Assembly (NCBI GenBank): GCA_964637515.1
Contig: CAZWUI010000004.1
Coordinates: 42,324-106,323, forward strand
Source of the DNA: an uncultured Bacteroidaceae bacterium
GTDB lineage: Bacteria > Bacillota > Clostridia > Christensenellales > CAG-917
Direction of reading: 5' to 3'
Length of the DNA: 64,000 nt
A program made the translations under genes and the position numbers. The notes below the pieces were generated by a model. It did no database searches. It saw only the letters and a program-made list of their open reading frames with translations, and was not told the DNA's origin. This document shows, piece by piece, positions 28,344-38,276 of the stretch. The first letter of the stretch is position 1; the number at the start of each line of letters is the position of its first letter.

Positions 28344-28859
28344 ATGAAAGAACTTATCATCAACGAAAAAATTCGTGACAAAGAGATCCGTCTTATCGAC
28401 GAAGACGGAGCGCAACTCGGCACTGTCAGCATCGGCGAAGCGCGTCGCATTGCGGAAGAAAAAGGGCTCGACCTTTGCAAAATGTCCGCAGACGGCGTAA
28501 CTCCCGCGACCTGCAAACTCATGGACTACGGCAAATACCGTTACGACAGGTTGAAGAAGGAGAAAGAGGCGGACAAAAACCAAAAAACCGTCGAAGTCAA
28601 AGAAATCAGATTGTCGGCAACCATCGACGTCGGTGACGTAACTCGTCTTGCAAAACAAACCGCAAAGTTCCTTGCAGGCGGAAACAAAGTCAAAGCGTCG
28701 ATAAGATTGAAAGGTCGCCAACAAGCACGTCCCGAACTTGCGGTAGAAGTCATCAACGACTATATCGAACTTGTCGGAGAGTGCACAGTCGAAAAGAAAC
28801 CCACTCAGGAAGGCAGAAATATCTATACGATACTCGCCCCTGTAAAAGTCAAGAAATAA
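28344..28859 (+). CDS. infC: Translation initiation factor IF-3
   Basis: 171 aa. [21 protein letters not shown], then a C-domain with [13 protein letters not shown]. Precedes rpmI-rplT. Confidence 0.95.
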   Translation: MKELIINEKIRDKEIRLIDEDGAQLGTVSIGEARRIAEEKGLDLCKMSADGVTPATCKLMDYGKYRYDRLKKEKEADKNQKTVEVKEIRLSATIDVGDVTRLAKQTAKFLAGGNKVKASIRLKGRQQARPELAVEVINDYIELVGECTVEKKPTQEGRNIYTILAPVKVKK

Positions 28860-28872
28860 AAGGAGAACTACT

Positions 28873-29070
28873 ATGCCTAAGCAAAAAACACATAGCGGAG
28901 CAAAAAAACGCTTTAGAAAGAGCGCGAACGGTCACTACAAAGCGGATCACAGCGGTCACGATCATATCTTGACCAAGAAGACCACCAAGAGAAAGAGAGG
29001 TCTCCGTAAAGCCCAATATATGGATCACACCAAAGAAGCAGAACTCAAGAGACTTTTGCCCTACGACTAA
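28873..29070 (+). CDS. rpmI: 50S ribosomal protein L35
   Basis: 65 aa, [14 protein letters not shown]... Confidence 0.95.
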   Translation: MPKQKTHSGAKKRFRKSANGHYKADHSGHDHILTKKTTKRKRGLRKAQYMDHTKEAELKRLLPYD

Positions 29071-29082
29071 GGAGATTGAACT

Positions 29083-29439
29083 ATGAGAATTAAAAGAGCA
29101 GTTAACGCAGTAAAGAAACGCAGAAAAATAATGAAACAAGCCAAAGGCTACTACGGTGGAAAGCATCGTCTTTATCGTATAGCCAAACAACAAGTTATCC
29201 GCAGCGGATACTATGCGTACGTCGGCAGAAAAAACAAAAAACGCGACTTCAGACAACTCTGGATTGCACGTATCAACGCAGGCGCACGTCTCAACGGTTT
29301 GAGCTACTCCGTCCTTATGCACGGTCTTAAAGTCGCAGGCATCGACCTCAACCGCAAGGTTCTCTCCGAAATCGCAATCAGCGATCCTCAAGCGTTCACC
29401 GCACTTTGCAATCAAGCAAAAACGGCGCTCGGCAAATAA
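29083..29439 (+). CDS. rplT: 50S ribosomal protein L20
   Basis: 118 aa, [25 protein letters not shown]... Confidence 0.95.
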   Translation: MRIKRAVNAVKKRRKIMKQAKGYYGGKHRLYRIAKQQVIRSGYYAYVGRKNKKRDFRQLWIARINAGARLNGLSYSVLMHGLKVAGIDLNRKVLSEIAISDPQAFTALCNQAKTALGK

Positions 29440-29449
29440 TGATAACTCG

Positions 29450-29482
29450 GTGCGGTATTGACAAAATACCGCACTTTTTTTT
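29450..29482 (+). terminator. Rho-independent terminator after rplT
   Basis: 10-bp stem gtgcggtatt / aataccgcac, 5-nt loop, run of 8 T. Ends 8 nt before the next ATG. Confidence 0.8.
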
Positions 29483-29489
29483 GGAGTAG

Positions 29490-30239
29490 ATGCACGAAAT
29501 CATCACCTCGTCCCAAAATCAGTACGTGAAGGAAGTACGTTCCTTGGCGACAAAAAAGTTCCGCGATAAGTCGGGACTTTTCGTCGTTGAAGGGGGAAAT
29601 ATCTTCAAGGACTTGCCGAAGGGTATCGAGGCGGAATATATCCTTGCAACCACCGAAAGACAAGCAGAGGTGGAAAATTTGCTTGTCTATACGCGCGCAC
29701 GGGTGTATTATGTATCTGACGGAATTATGAAATCCCTCTCGGACACGGTCACGCCTTACGGCATTATCGCTGTTTTGAGAAAACCCGAAAATCAATTCCG
29801 TTTGCCTACGGGCAACGCCCTTCTTCTCGACGGAGTATCGGACCCCGGGAATATCGGCACGATTATCCGCACCGCCGCGGCAAGAGGTTTTCAAGACGTA
29901 TACCTTTGCGACTCGGCGGACGTCTATTCCCCGAAAGTCGTGAGAGCAACTCTCGGCGGACTCTTCAAAGTCAACCTTTACGAAATCGACGAAGCGCAAG
30001 CGGAAATTCTGCTTGATGGCACCAATAGTGCGGTGCTCGATATGGACGGAGAAGACTTGACGACGGCAAATATCTCGTCACCCGTACTTTTCGTCGCGGG
30101 GAGCGAGGCACACGGAGTCAGACAAAACTTTTCGGACAGAGCAAAGCGCGTGCTTTCCCTGCCCATGAAAAACAACGTAGAATCACTAAACGTGGCGGTC
30201 GCTACGGCCGTTGCGATGTATCAAACCAAAGGAGAATAA
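29490..30239 (+). CDS. TrmH/SpoU-family RNA 2'-O-methyltransferase
   Basis: 249 aa. [24 protein letters not shown] and the C-terminal [13 protein letters not shown] knot motif. Confidence 0.85.
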   Translation: MHEIITSSQNQYVKEVRSLATKKFRDKSGLFVVEGGNIFKDLPKGIEAEYILATTERQAEVENLLVYTRARVYYVSDGIMKSLSDTVTPYGIIAVLRKPENQFRLPTGNALLLDGVSDPGNIGTIIRTAAARGFQDVYLCDSADVYSPKVVRATLGGLFKVNLYEIDEAQAEILLDGTNSAVLDMDGEDLTTANISSPVLFVAGSEAHGVRQNFSDRAKRVLSLPMKNNVESLNVAVATAVAMYQTKGE

Positions 30240-30240
30240 T

Positions 30241-30972
30241 ATGAGCGGTCACAGCAAATGGCACAACATACAGCAAAAGAAAGGCAAAAGCGACGCAGCA
30301 CGCGCCAACGTTTTTACCAAAATTGGTCGTGAAATCGCAGTCGCAGTCAAGGCGGGCGGTCCCGATCCCAATAGCAATAGCAAACTTCGCGACGCTATCG
30401 CAAAGGCAAAAGACAACAATATGCCTAACGACAACATCGCTAGAAGCATAAAGAAAGCAAGCGGAGAACTCGGCTCGATCAACTACGAAGAAAACAACTA
30501 CGAAGGTTACGGCGTAGGCGGAACCGCTTTCATCGTCGAAACCCTCACCGACAACAAGAATCGTACCGCAGGCGACGTCCGTCACCTTTTCGACAAGTTC
30601 GGCGGAGCAATGGGCGTTACCGGTAGCGTTTCCTTCATGTTCAAGCGCAAAGGTATCATCACGATCGCAAAGAGTGACATCGAAGAAGACGATCTTATGA
30701 TGCTCGCACTCGACGCAGGCGCAGAAGACATTAACTCCGAAGACGACGAAGTGTTTGAAGTCATCACCGCACCGAACGATCTCCAACCCGTTCGTGAAAA
30801 CCTCGCAGGTAATGGCGTGAAAATCCTGTCCGCAGAAGTGGATATGATCCCCGACACCGAAGTCACTCCCACCGAAGAGCAACAAGCGACTCTTCTCAAA
30901 ATGATTGATAAACTCGAAGAACTCGACGACGTCCAAAACGTGTATCACAACGCCGTCATCACCATCGAATAA
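30241..30972 (+). CDS. YebC/PmpR-family DNA-binding regulator
   Basis: [27 protein letters not shown]... ATG 30241 follows AAAGGAGA. The track start 30211 overlaps the previous gene. Confidence 0.9.
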   Translation: MSGHSKWHNIQQKKGKSDAARANVFTKIGREIAVAVKAGGPDPNSNSKLRDAIAKAKDNNMPNDNIARSIKKASGELGSINYEENNYEGYGVGGTAFIVETLTDNKNRTAGDVRHLFDKFGGAMGVTGSVSFMFKRKGIITIAKSDIEEDDLMMLALDAGAEDINSEDDEVFEVITAPNDLQPVRENLAGNGVKILSAEVDMIPDTEVTPTEEQQATLLKMIDKLEELDDVQNVYHNAVITIE

Positions 30973-30995
30973 TCAAATTATACCAAAATATTAAA

Positions 30996-31033
30996 GTCAA
31001 CAAAATGTGAAATATTTTTCACATTTTGTTGAC
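30996..31033. terminator. Perfect 17-bp-stem palindrome (terminator and/or operator)
   Basis: GTCAACAAAATGTGAAA (30996-31012), loop tatt, TTTCACATTTTGTTGAC (31017-31033). No T-tract follows. The right arm contains the -35 box of the proA promoter. Confidence 0.5.
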
Positions 31034-31057
31034 TTGCGTGATAAACGGGATTATAAT
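31029..31057 (+). promoter_or_regulatory. Sigma-A type promoter of proA
   Basis: TTGACT (31029-31034), 17 nt, TATAAT (31052-31057). The ATG of proA lies only 11 nt after the -10 box. Confidence 0.55.
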
Positions 31058-31068
31058 CATATCGAAAT

Positions 31069-32319
31069 ATGGTAGACGTAGCAGAAATTTGCAAATCAGC
31101 CAAAAAGGCGTCATATGAAATCGCAGGGTATAGCGGAGAACAAAAAAATCAAATGCTCACCGCAATTTCCGCTTGTCTTGAAAAAGACGAAAACGTTGCG
31201 ATACTAAAAAACGCGAATGCGATTGACGTTGAGTTTGCTCGTGAAAACGGCAGAAATGAAACTTTCATCGACCGCCTTACTCTCAATGATAAGCGTATTG
31301 CAACTATGATTGAAGGTTTGAAGCAAATCATCGCCCTTCCCGACCCCGTCGGTGAAGTCGTTGAAGATTACGTCGTCCCCAGTGGTATTGAAATCACAAA
31401 AGTCCGTGCACCTCTTGGAGTCATCGGCATAATATACGAGGCTCGTCCCAACGTCACCGTAGATGCGGCGGCGCTCTGCCTGAAATCGGGCAACGGAGTC
31501 GTTTTGCGCGGTGGCAAAGACGCAATCAATTCCAATCGCGTGCTTTATTCGATTATGAAAGACGCAATAGAATCCGTCGGACTTGACGGCGACTGCGTGC
31601 AATTCATCGACGATATATCGAGAGATGCGTCCGCCGTTATGCTCGAGCAGGAAGGTAGTGTTGACGTAGTTATCCCGAGAGGCGGTGAAGGACTGAAAAA
31701 GTTTGTGCTTGCCCACGCAAAGATGCCCGTCATCGCATCGGCAGGCGGAAATTGCCATATCTACGTCGAGAAGAATGCGGATATTGATACTGCGGTGAAT
31801 ATCATCGTCAACGCAAAGGTGCAACGTCCGTCGACTTGCAATGCGGTTGAGCATATTCTCGTGGATAGGGAAATCGCAAACGTGCTTATTCCCGCCGCAT
31901 GCGAAGCATTGAAAGTGTTCAACGTGGAAATAATAGGGGACGAAACTTCTCGCAAAATCTACGATATGGGAGTCGCCACGGACGATGATTACAAAACTGA
32001 ATTTCTCGACTACAAACTTTCTTTCAAGGTTGTGGACGGAATCGAAGAAGCGGTCGCAATCATCAACGCAAACGGCACTTCTCACTCAGAGGCAATCATC
32101 ACCAAGGATGAGAAGAAACAAGAATATTTTGCAAAATACGTAGATGCGGCGGCGGTGTATTTCAATGCATCGACACGCTTTACGGACGGATTTGAATTTG
32201 GACTCGGTGCGGAAATGGGCATTTCCACTCAAAAACTGCACGTCAGAGGCCCGATAGCACTCAAAGAATTGACCTCCGTCAAGTACGTGGTCAAAGGACA
32301 TGGCGAGGTCAGAAGGTAA
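31069..32319 (+). CDS. proA: Glutamate-5-semialdehyde dehydrogenase (gamma-glutamyl phosphate reductase)
   Basis: 416 aa. Aldehyde-dehydrogenase fold with the typical ProA stretches GVIGIIYEARPNVT, VLRGGKDA, STCNAVE and NASTRFTDG. Confidence 0.9.
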   Translation: MVDVAEICKSAKKASYEIAGYSGEQKNQMLTAISACLEKDENVAILKNANAIDVEFARENGRNETFIDRLTLNDKRIATMIEGLKQIIALPDPVGEVVEDYVVPSGIEITKVRAPLGVIGIIYEARPNVTVDAAALCLKSGNGVVLRGGKDAINSNRVLYSIMKDAIESVGLDGDCVQFIDDISRDASAVMLEQEGSVDVVIPRGGEGLKKFVLAHAKMPVIASAGGNCHIYVEKNADIDTAVNIIVNAKVQRPSTCNAVEHILVDREIANVLIPAACEALKVFNVEIIGDETSRKIYDMGVATDDDYKTEFLDYKLSFKVVDGIEEAVAIINANGTSHSEAIITKDEKKQEYFAKYVDAAAVYFNASTRFTDGFEFGLGAEMGISTQKLHVRGPIALKELTSVKYVVKGHGEVRR

Positions 32320-32320
32320 T

Positions 32321-33526
32321 ATGGAAAAGAGAATTTACTTCGATTATGCGGCAACAACACCGCTCTCGGACGAAGCGTTCGAGGCGATGCGTCCATATTT
32401 CACCGAAATTTTCGGAAACGCAAACAGCCAACACGCTTACGGTCGTGACGGCGCGGCGGCACTCTTGCAAGCAAGAGAAACGGTTGCTTCTTGCATAGGC
32501 GCAAAACCCGGTGAAATTTACTTCACGTCCTGTGGCACCGAAGCGGACAACTGGGCAATCAAAGGCATAGCCTTTGCGCATAGAGATAAAGGCAACCATA
32601 TCATAACCACCAAGATTGAACACTCCGCAATCTATACAAGTTGCAAACAACTCGAAGGCTACGGCTTTGAAGTCACCTATCTTGACGTAGACGAAGAAGG
32701 TTTCGTCTCTCCCGAAGCGCTCGAAAACGCTATCACGGACAAAACCATTCTTGTCAGCATTATGTTCGCAAACAACGAAGTCGGCACAATCGAGCCTATA
32801 AAAGAACTTGCGGAAGTCGCGCACAAGCACAAAGTGCTTTTCCATACGGATGCCGTTCAAGCAACGGGCGCGGTGCGCTACAACGTGAAAGATTTGGGAG
32901 TTGATATGTTGTCCTTCTCGGGACACAAATTCTACGGTCCCAAAGGTGTGGGCGGTCTTTACGTCCGCAACGGCGTGAAAATCGACAAGCATATGGCGGG
33001 CGGTGAGCAGGAAAGAGCGCACAGAGGAGGCACGTCCAACGTCCCCGCAATCGTCGGCATGGCGAAAGCACTCGAAATCGCAATCCGCGACCTTGACAAG
33101 AACAACGAATACGTATCATCCCTTCGCAATCGCTTTGTGGAAAAAGTGCTTGCATCCGTCGATGAAATCTACTTCAACGGTCCGAAACAAGACAAATTCG
33201 ACAAACGCTTGCCAAATAACGCAAGTTTCAGTTTCAGATACATCGAGGGTGAGAGCATTTTGTTCTCTCTCGATATAGCGGGTGTATGCGCATCGTCGGG
33301 CAGTGCATGCTCGTCGGGTAGCCTTGAGCCCAGCAGAACTTTGCTTGCAATAGGCGTCCCCGTCGGTATCGCACACGGCACGATACGTTTCACTTTCGGC
33401 AAGCATAACACCGTCGAAGACGTGGACTACGCAGTCGAACAACTCGTCGCAATCGTGGGTAGACTCCGCGCGATGTCGCCTTTGTACAAGCCCGCGAAAA
33501 ACGGCGAATTGAAAACCATAAAATAA
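32321..33526 (+). CDS. nifS: Cysteine desulfurase (NifS/IscS class)
   Basis: YFDYAATTP, SGHKFYGPKGVG (PLP lysine), active-site loop SSGSACSSG. ATG 32321 lies just after the proA stop. Confidence 0.9.
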   Translation: MEKRIYFDYAATTPLSDEAFEAMRPYFTEIFGNANSQHAYGRDGAAALLQARETVASCIGAKPGEIYFTSCGTEADNWAIKGIAFAHRDKGNHIITTKIEHSAIYTSCKQLEGYGFEVTYLDVDEEGFVSPEALENAITDKTILVSIMFANNEVGTIEPIKELAEVAHKHKVLFHTDAVQATGAVRYNVKDLGVDMLSFSGHKFYGPKGVGGLYVRNGVKIDKHMAGGEQERAHRGGTSNVPAIVGMAKALEIAIRDLDKNNEYVSSLRNRFVEKVLASVDEIYFNGPKQDKFDKRLPNNASFSFRYIEGESILFSLDIAGVCASSGSACSSGSLEPSRTLLAIGVPVGIAHGTIRFTFGKHNTVEDVDYAVEQLVAIVGRLRAMSPLYKPAKNGELKTIK

Positions 33527-33543
33527 ATTTCAGGAGCATATAT

Positions 33544-33924
33544 ATGTACAACGAAAAGGTAATAGAAGTCTTCAAAAATCCGCAAAACGTCGGTGAAGTC
33601 GAAAACTACAACGCAATCGGCACCGTCGGAAACGAAACCTGCGGTGATATTATGCAAATCACTCTCTTGATTGAGAACGATATAATCAAAGATGCCAAAT
33701 TCAAAACTTTCGGTTGCGCCGCTGCAGTTGCATCGAGTTCAACCGCAACGAGTATGATTATCGGCAAAACCATCGAAGAAGCACTTCAAATCAAAAACGA
33801 AGACGTCATTGAAGCCCTCGAAGGTCTTCCCCCTCAAAAAATCCATTGTTCAGTGCTTGCGGAAGAGGCGATCAAACTTGCCGTCGAAGACTATCGTGCA
33901 AGACAAGCAAGAGGAGAAATTTAA
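33544..33924 (+). CDS. nifU: Fe-S cluster assembly scaffold (NifU N-terminal/IscU type)
   Basis: 126 aa. GNETCGDIM, FGCAAAVASS, IHCSVLAEEA (three conserved Cys). Confidence 0.9.
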   Translation: MYNEKVIEVFKNPQNVGEVENYNAIGTVGNETCGDIMQITLLIENDIIKDAKFKTFGCAAAVASSSTATSMIIGKTIEEALQIKNEDVIEALEGLPPQKIHCSVLAEEAIKLAVEDYRARQARGEI

Positions 33925-34077
33925 CTCGACTCCAATCGGTGTTTCAATTCACCATAAAACTTATATAGAACAAAACTCTCTGCCCAATTTCCACAATGGA
34001 GTCGGGCAGTTTTATTTGCACAAGGTTACGCACTCGCACTTCAAGAATGACATATGAAGTCGCTAAAACATCTAACT

Positions 34078-34183
34078 TGTCATTGCGAGGAGCAATGCGA
34101 CGTGGCAATCTACTGAAAAACGCCATATGAATAATGTTGCCGTTTTGCGCTTGCGAGATTCCCACGCTTTGCTCGGAATGGCA
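34078..34183. repeat. Imperfect inverted-repeat element containing repeat copy B
   Basis: Arm 1 is tgtcattgcgaggagcaatgcgacgtggcaatct (34078-34111). Arm 2 (34155-34183) reverse-complements to tgccattccgagcaaagcgtgggaatctc, so the two are related with small indels. Arm 2 matches 27987-28015 at 25/29. Confidence 0.55.
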
Positions 34184-34289
34184 TATGGTTTGTGGCGGAG
34201 CGGTGGAATAGAGCCGTTGCTTAATGGAAAATCCGCCACCGTGTTTAGATAGGTATAATTAGGAATTTTTCTAATTAGCATCTTAAGAG

Positions 34290-34338
34290 AAAAAAGAACC
34301 ATACTCAAGAGTGTAATCGCTCAAGGGTATGGTTTTTA
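34290..34338. terminator. Candidate bidirectional terminator downstream of the XRE-family gene
   Basis: A-run, stem aaccatac / gtatggtt with a 22-nt loop, T-run. Confidence 0.4.
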
Positions 34339-34429
34339 CTTTGACTTATTTATTCTCCTATAAATCTATCCTTTAGATTATTAAAACATGATGTCGCAGA
34401 TACTTCATCTTGTGGAATAGACAAATTAT

Positions 34430-35086
34430 TTATCTGCGCTTAAACGCCACAAGTTCGGGATTTTCGCCGTTTTCGTCGTAGGAGCAAACAAGCAAAAAAT
34501 CCAAACCGCCGGCAAGCCCAAAACAACGCCCGAAATCCGTTTCCAACTGGGTGCCAAGATAGGTTGCGTTGTCCTTCAAAAACTTTGTCTTTTGTCCGTT
34601 GGGCAAGGTATACTCCAAATTGATAAATTCGCCGGCAAGCACGTTTAAGTTTTCCACAGTAGGCAAACCTTCCGCCCGCAACAACACGTTAAACTCCTGC
34701 ACAAGCTTACGTTTAAACTGCTCGAAAGCGTCTTTTCCGCCCAAATCGACGTATCTTTTCCACACGTCAAGGGTGTAGTCGCCGTCGGCATAACACCATT
34801 TGCAGTAATCGTGGTTGGTCAAACCGTCCTTTTCGTGGCTGAAAGTGCCTTCGTCAAGTGGCATACCGCAACATTGACAAACCAGATTATTGTTGTCGCC
34901 CAGCAACCTGTTGATGGATACGCCAAAAAGGTTAGAAAGCAGTTTTAGCGTTTCCGTGTTAGGGATTGTTTCGCCTGTTTCCCAGCGTGACACTGCCTGC
35001 CTTGTTACAAAAACCTTTTCGGCAAGCTCGTCTTGCGAAAGTCCATGTTGCTTGCGAAGTTGCAAAATTACGTCTTTTGTTTCCAT
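34430..35086 (-). CDS. XRE-family HTH regulator with C-terminal zinc-ribbon domain
   Basis: 218 aa from METKDVILQLRKQHGLSQDELAEKVFVTRQAVSRWETGETIP. Then CQCCGMPL...YCKWCY zinc ribbon. The track N-terminal extension to 35266 lacks an RBS. Confidence 0.8.
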   Translation of the reverse strand: METKDVILQLRKQHGLSQDELAEKVFVTRQAVSRWETGETIPNTETLKLLSNLFGVSINRLLGDNNNLVCQCCGMPLDEGTFSHEKDGLTNHDYCKWCYADGDYTLDVWKRYVDLGGKDAFEQFKRKLVQEFNVLLRAEGLPTVENLNVLAGEFINLEYTLPNGQKTKFLKDNATYLGTQLETDFGRCFGLAGGLDFLLVCSYDENGENPELVAFKRR

Positions 35087-35365
35087 GATAACACCAAGCT
35101 TGATAATTACGTTGTCCGCCAAAAGTATATTGGCAAGTAAATGTAAAGCACTGTTTGTTGATTGTATGTATCTTAGCATCAAATTGTACGCAGCACAAGC
35201 AACTTCTTGTTGCTTTTTTAGCTTGACAACACAAAAGATTGCAACGGTACGGTGTTTTTGCAACAATTTGAGAAAAGTAAAGGCATAAAAAAGTGTGCAG
35301 TAACTGATGTGTATACTAAAAGTTAGACACTTTGCGGTGGATTTTTTTGTTGAGAGAGTTTGATT

Positions 35366-35782
35366 TTAGAAGTTGCGTGCGGTGGTGACGGACTCAAAAT
35401 CTCCTGCAAGCACCATGTTTTCATAGCGGTAGACAGAATATTTTCTGTCCGCATTTTCCGCTTTTATTCCCTCGATTGCTCCGATCATGACGTTTTCGAC
35501 GGTGTCCGCAGAATCACTATCCTTGCAGTAGTAGACGTAGACGAAGTAGTAGACGTCGCTATCGGTCTTTTCACCGAGAATGGAACTCGACACATTCACG
35601 CCTTTGAGGGAGGGATCAGTGTAAGGCACGAGAGTTTCACCCGTCACGACGCGGTAGCCGTTTTCGGACAGGCGGTCGGTCAGATTGTGCTCGGTCATGC
35701 CGTACTTCATGCAACCCACGAAAGTGAATAGCACTGCGACGAGTAGGACGATTGAAATTGTGATTAGCACGCGCTTTTTCAT
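35366..35782 (-). CDS. Small putative lipoprotein, unknown function
   Basis: 138 aa from MKKRVLITISIVLLVAVLFTFVGC (signal peptide plus Cys lipobox-like). The track extension to 35986 is unsupported. Confidence 0.55.
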   Translation of the reverse strand: MKKRVLITISIVLLVAVLFTFVGCMKYGMTEHNLTDRLSENGYRVVTGETLVPYTDPSLKGVNVSSSILGEKTDSDVYYFVYVYYCKDSDSADTVENVMIGAIEGIKAENADRKYSVYRYENMVLAGDFESVTTARNF

Positions 35783-35876
35783 ACTTATATGATACGATTT
35801 TGCGTCCTTTATGTCAAGAGATTTTAATTTTTGGATAATACGAACAGAATTGCGCACGCTAACTGCGGAGGAAATT

Positions 35877-36008
35877 ATGAAAAGAATACTCATTGGCGCA
35901 GTCGTCGGAATGATGACTGCGGTCGCATTGCAAGCCCCTAACGGCAAAAAGTGTTTCAGAAAGGCGAAGAAAGCCGTGCTGAACAAAATCGAAGACGTGC
36001 TCGATTAG
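35877..36008 (+). CDS. 43-aa YtxH-like small membrane-associated protein
   Basis: MKRILIGAVVGMMTAVALQAPNGKKCFRKAKKAVLNKIEDVLD. GGAGGA RBS 6 nt upstream and a terminator directly downstream. The Gly-rich helix plus AP-x-GKK pattern recalls YtxH proteins. Confidence 0.45.
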   Translation: MKRILIGAVVGMMTAVALQAPNGKKCFRKAKKAVLNKIEDVLD

Positions 36009-36017
36009 CACGAAAGG

Positions 36018-36045
36018 GAAAAGCGGACTTGTCAGTCCGCTTTTC
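36018..36045. terminator. Bidirectional rho-independent terminator
   Basis: Stem gaaaagcggact / agtccgcttttc, 4-nt loop. Lies between convergent genes. Confidence 0.8.
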
Positions 36046-36075
36046 ACAAAAATAAGAGGGGTTATTATGAACGAA

Positions 36076-37215
36076 TTAAATCATCGAGTATTCGACGTTT
36101 AATCCATTTTCTTCGTTTGCCCATTTGATGAAGTCGATGAGAGAGGAGGATGAGACTCCGAATCCCATATTTTCGATGCCTTCCGCGACGAGTTTCGACT
36201 CCACAACTCCGACGACTTTTCCATAGCGGTTGATCATAGGACCGCCCGAATTGCCGCTGTTGATTGCGGCATCCGTCATGATGAATTTGCCTGCGCCCCA
36301 GTTGCTGATTGTGAAGTCGTTTTTGGACACGATGCCCGCAGACATACTGAGTCCGATACCTTGGGGATTGCCAACGATTGCGATTTCGTCACCGATAGTT
36401 ACGTTTGCCGACGGTTCGATTGAGAGTCCCGCTTTTCCGCCGTTCTTGGTGAAATCGGGCGCACTGCCGACAAATTCGCAAATTGCAAGGTCGGGTTGGT
36501 TGGTTGCGTCGGTGGAAACGACGACTTTTTCGGGGGTTTGGAACATGTATCCGCCTGTGTAGACGGTGTAGGTTTCTTGATAAGTGCCGACTGCTACGAC
36601 TTTCAAATTGTAGACGGTTTCATCGTCGCTTTCTTCAAAGTAGCAAGTGATAGACTCGTGAGCGTGCATACTTCTATCCGCAAGGTTGCCGTTTTTGAGC
36701 CAAGGAGTCATGACGACGTGGGCGTTGGTAATGAGATAGATTTTTTCTTCGTTTCCGATGACAAACCCGGAGGCAGTGCCCGCTGACGCGTCGTGTTGAG
36801 AAGAGGACGAAGTGGAGCAGTTGACGACCGCAACGTATTGAATATAGTTTTCCGCAATGATTTCAGAAACTGCGACTGTCAGAAGGTCTGCCGCTTTTTC
36901 GCCTGCGATTTGGGTGACGTCTTTGAGAATGTCGCTATCGTTGATTGAGTCGGATATTGCGTCGTAGTATTGACCTTTCATGGTGTCCGCGATAGATGCG
37001 GAATACTCTGAGGCGATTTCGTTTTTCAAGGATGACAAAACGATCACGTTCACGATGACCACAAGACACATAAACACCGCCACGCATATGGTGATTATAG
37101 TCAGGCGATTCATCTGCGAATGTTTGGGATCGCGACCGTCGGGGGTGTGGTATAGTGGCGTTTTGCCGTTTCCGTTGCCCGAAGGCTCGTCGAAGAAATT
37201 ATCAAATTCGTCCAT
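36076..37215 (-). CDS. Membrane-anchored trypsin-like serine protease (S1C/HtrA-like, no PDZ seen)
   Basis: 379 aa. N-terminal TM (LTIITICVAVFMCLVVIVNVIVL) and catalytic triad contexts TNAHVV, DLAI, GNSGGPM. Confidence 0.8.
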   Translation of the reverse strand: MDEFDNFFDEPSGNGNGKTPLYHTPDGRDPKHSQMNRLTIITICVAVFMCLVVIVNVIVLSSLKNEIASEYSASIADTMKGQYYDAISDSINDSDILKDVTQIAGEKAADLLTVAVSEIIAENYIQYVAVVNCSTSSSSQHDASAGTASGFVIGNEEKIYLITNAHVVMTPWLKNGNLADRSMHAHESITCYFEESDDETVYNLKVVAVGTYQETYTVYTGGYMFQTPEKVVVSTDATNQPDLAICEFVGSAPDFTKNGGKAGLSIEPSANVTIGDEIAIVGNPQGIGLSMSAGIVSKNDFTISNWGAGKFIMTDAAINSGNSGGPMINRYGKVVGVVESKLVAEGIENMGFGVSSSSLIDFIKWANEENGLNVEYSMI

Positions 37216-37350
37216 TGGAATATGACCTCTTTATCGTATTGAGTCAATTATTTGGCCGATTAGTTAAATTACTATTAAAACAGTTTACTTTTTATATATA
37301 TTGCGCTCGCACGCGCTTTAATTAAATACGCGCGCCGTTCCCCATAAATA

Positions 37351-37379
37351 TTGACAAAAAATAGTACATATATTAAAAT
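37351..37379 (+). promoter_or_regulatory. Sigma-A type promoter of degV-apbE
   Basis: TTGACA (37351-37356), 17 nt, TAAAAT (37374-37379). Confidence 0.5.
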
Positions 37380-37409
37380 AGTATCGTAATAAAGATTTAG
37401 AGGAGAACT

Positions 37410-38276
37410 ATGTCCGTTTACTTTTGCGACACCGATAGCGAACTTTGGTATACGACCGCACGCGCGCTTGATATAAAAGTCATCGGCATGCCGTATACGA
37501 TTGATGGCGTTGAGAAAATGTACGACCTTGGTGAAAGCACCGACTTCGTAAGTTTTTTCAATAGAATGAAGGATGGTGCGACCGCCATCACGTCGGGACT
37601 TAACGAAGATAATTACATCGAGATATTCGAGCCATATTTCAAGGCGGGCGAAGATATATTGTACGTGGCGTTTTCGTCGAAGATGTCCGGCACTTTCGCA
37701 CCCATGCAATCCGCAGTCGACAAACTCTCGGCAAAATATCCGTCTGTGCGTTTCAGAAAATTCGATACGCTCAGTATCTGCATGGGGACGGGACTTCAAG
37801 TCTATCTCGGTGCAAAAAAATTCAAGGAAAACGGCGGAGATATCGACGCCACTTATTCCTATCTCGAATCAATCACGGGGCATGCGGCAATCTACTTTGT
37901 CGTGGATGATCTCAAATATCTCGCAAGGGGCGGACGTCTTTCACCGAATAAGGCGAAATTCGGCAACCTTATGCAAGTGAAACCCATTCTCAACGTCGGC
38001 GATAGCGGTGAAATCGAAGTGTTTGCAAAACAACAAGGTTTCAAAAAAGCGGTTTCGTTTATGTTGCAGGAATTCAAGAAAAAATACCGTGATATAGACG
38101 GCGCACCCATCACGATTGTCAGCGCAAACAACGACTCGGCAGCCGCAGAAATCAAAAAGAGCGTGAGCGAATTTGCGCCCAATGCGGAAATTTGGGAGCA
38201 ACCTATCGGTCCCGTCATCGGTGCGCACTGCGGTCCGGGCACCGTCGGTATAATCTTTACCGCAGTTTCAAGATAA
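37410..38276 (+). CDS. DegV-family fatty-acid-binding protein
   Basis: 288 aa. Typical DegV layout (DSELWYT..., SSKMSGTF, YFVVDDLKYLARGGR). Confidence 0.85.
   Translation: MSVYFCDTDSELWYTTARALDIKVIGMPYTIDGVEKMYDLGESTDFVSFFNRMKDGATAITSGLNEDNYIEIFEPYFKAGEDILYVAFSSKMSGTFAPMQSAVDKLSAKYPSVRFRKFDTLSICMGTGLQVYLGAKKFKENGGDIDATYSYLESITGHAAIYFVVDDLKYLARGGRLSPNKAKFGNLMQVKPILNVGDSGEIEVFAKQQGFKKAVSFMLQEFKKKYRDIDGAPITIVSANNDSAAAEIKKSVSEFAPNAEIWEQPIGPVIGAHCGPGTVGIIFTAVSR

Noticed and set aside
27800-28724. Minus-strand ORFs 27800..28153 (117 aa) and 28146..28724 (192 aa)
   Set aside because: They run through the repeat element, the infC promoter and leader, and antisense to infC. They have no RBS. The plus-strand signals (promoter, leader, IF-3) explain the region better.
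29459-29464. TTGACA in the loop of the rplT terminator, 26 nt before the TrmH-family gene, considered as its promoter
   Set aside because: No acceptable -10 hexamer lies at 16-19 nt spacing. The gene is more likely expressed by read-through, or its promoter is not recognisable.
31006-31023. CRP/FNR-like TGTGA-N8-TCACA inside the proA palindrome
   Set aside because: The spacing is 8 rather than the canonical 6, and no CRP-family gene is nearby. I kept it only as a generic operator possibility.
34072-34308. 78-aa minus-strand ORF (…CHVALLLAMTS) in the nifU-XRE intergenic region
   Set aside because: It is encoded by the inverted-repeat element itself and has no start signals. Such repeats typically generate spurious hypothetical proteins.
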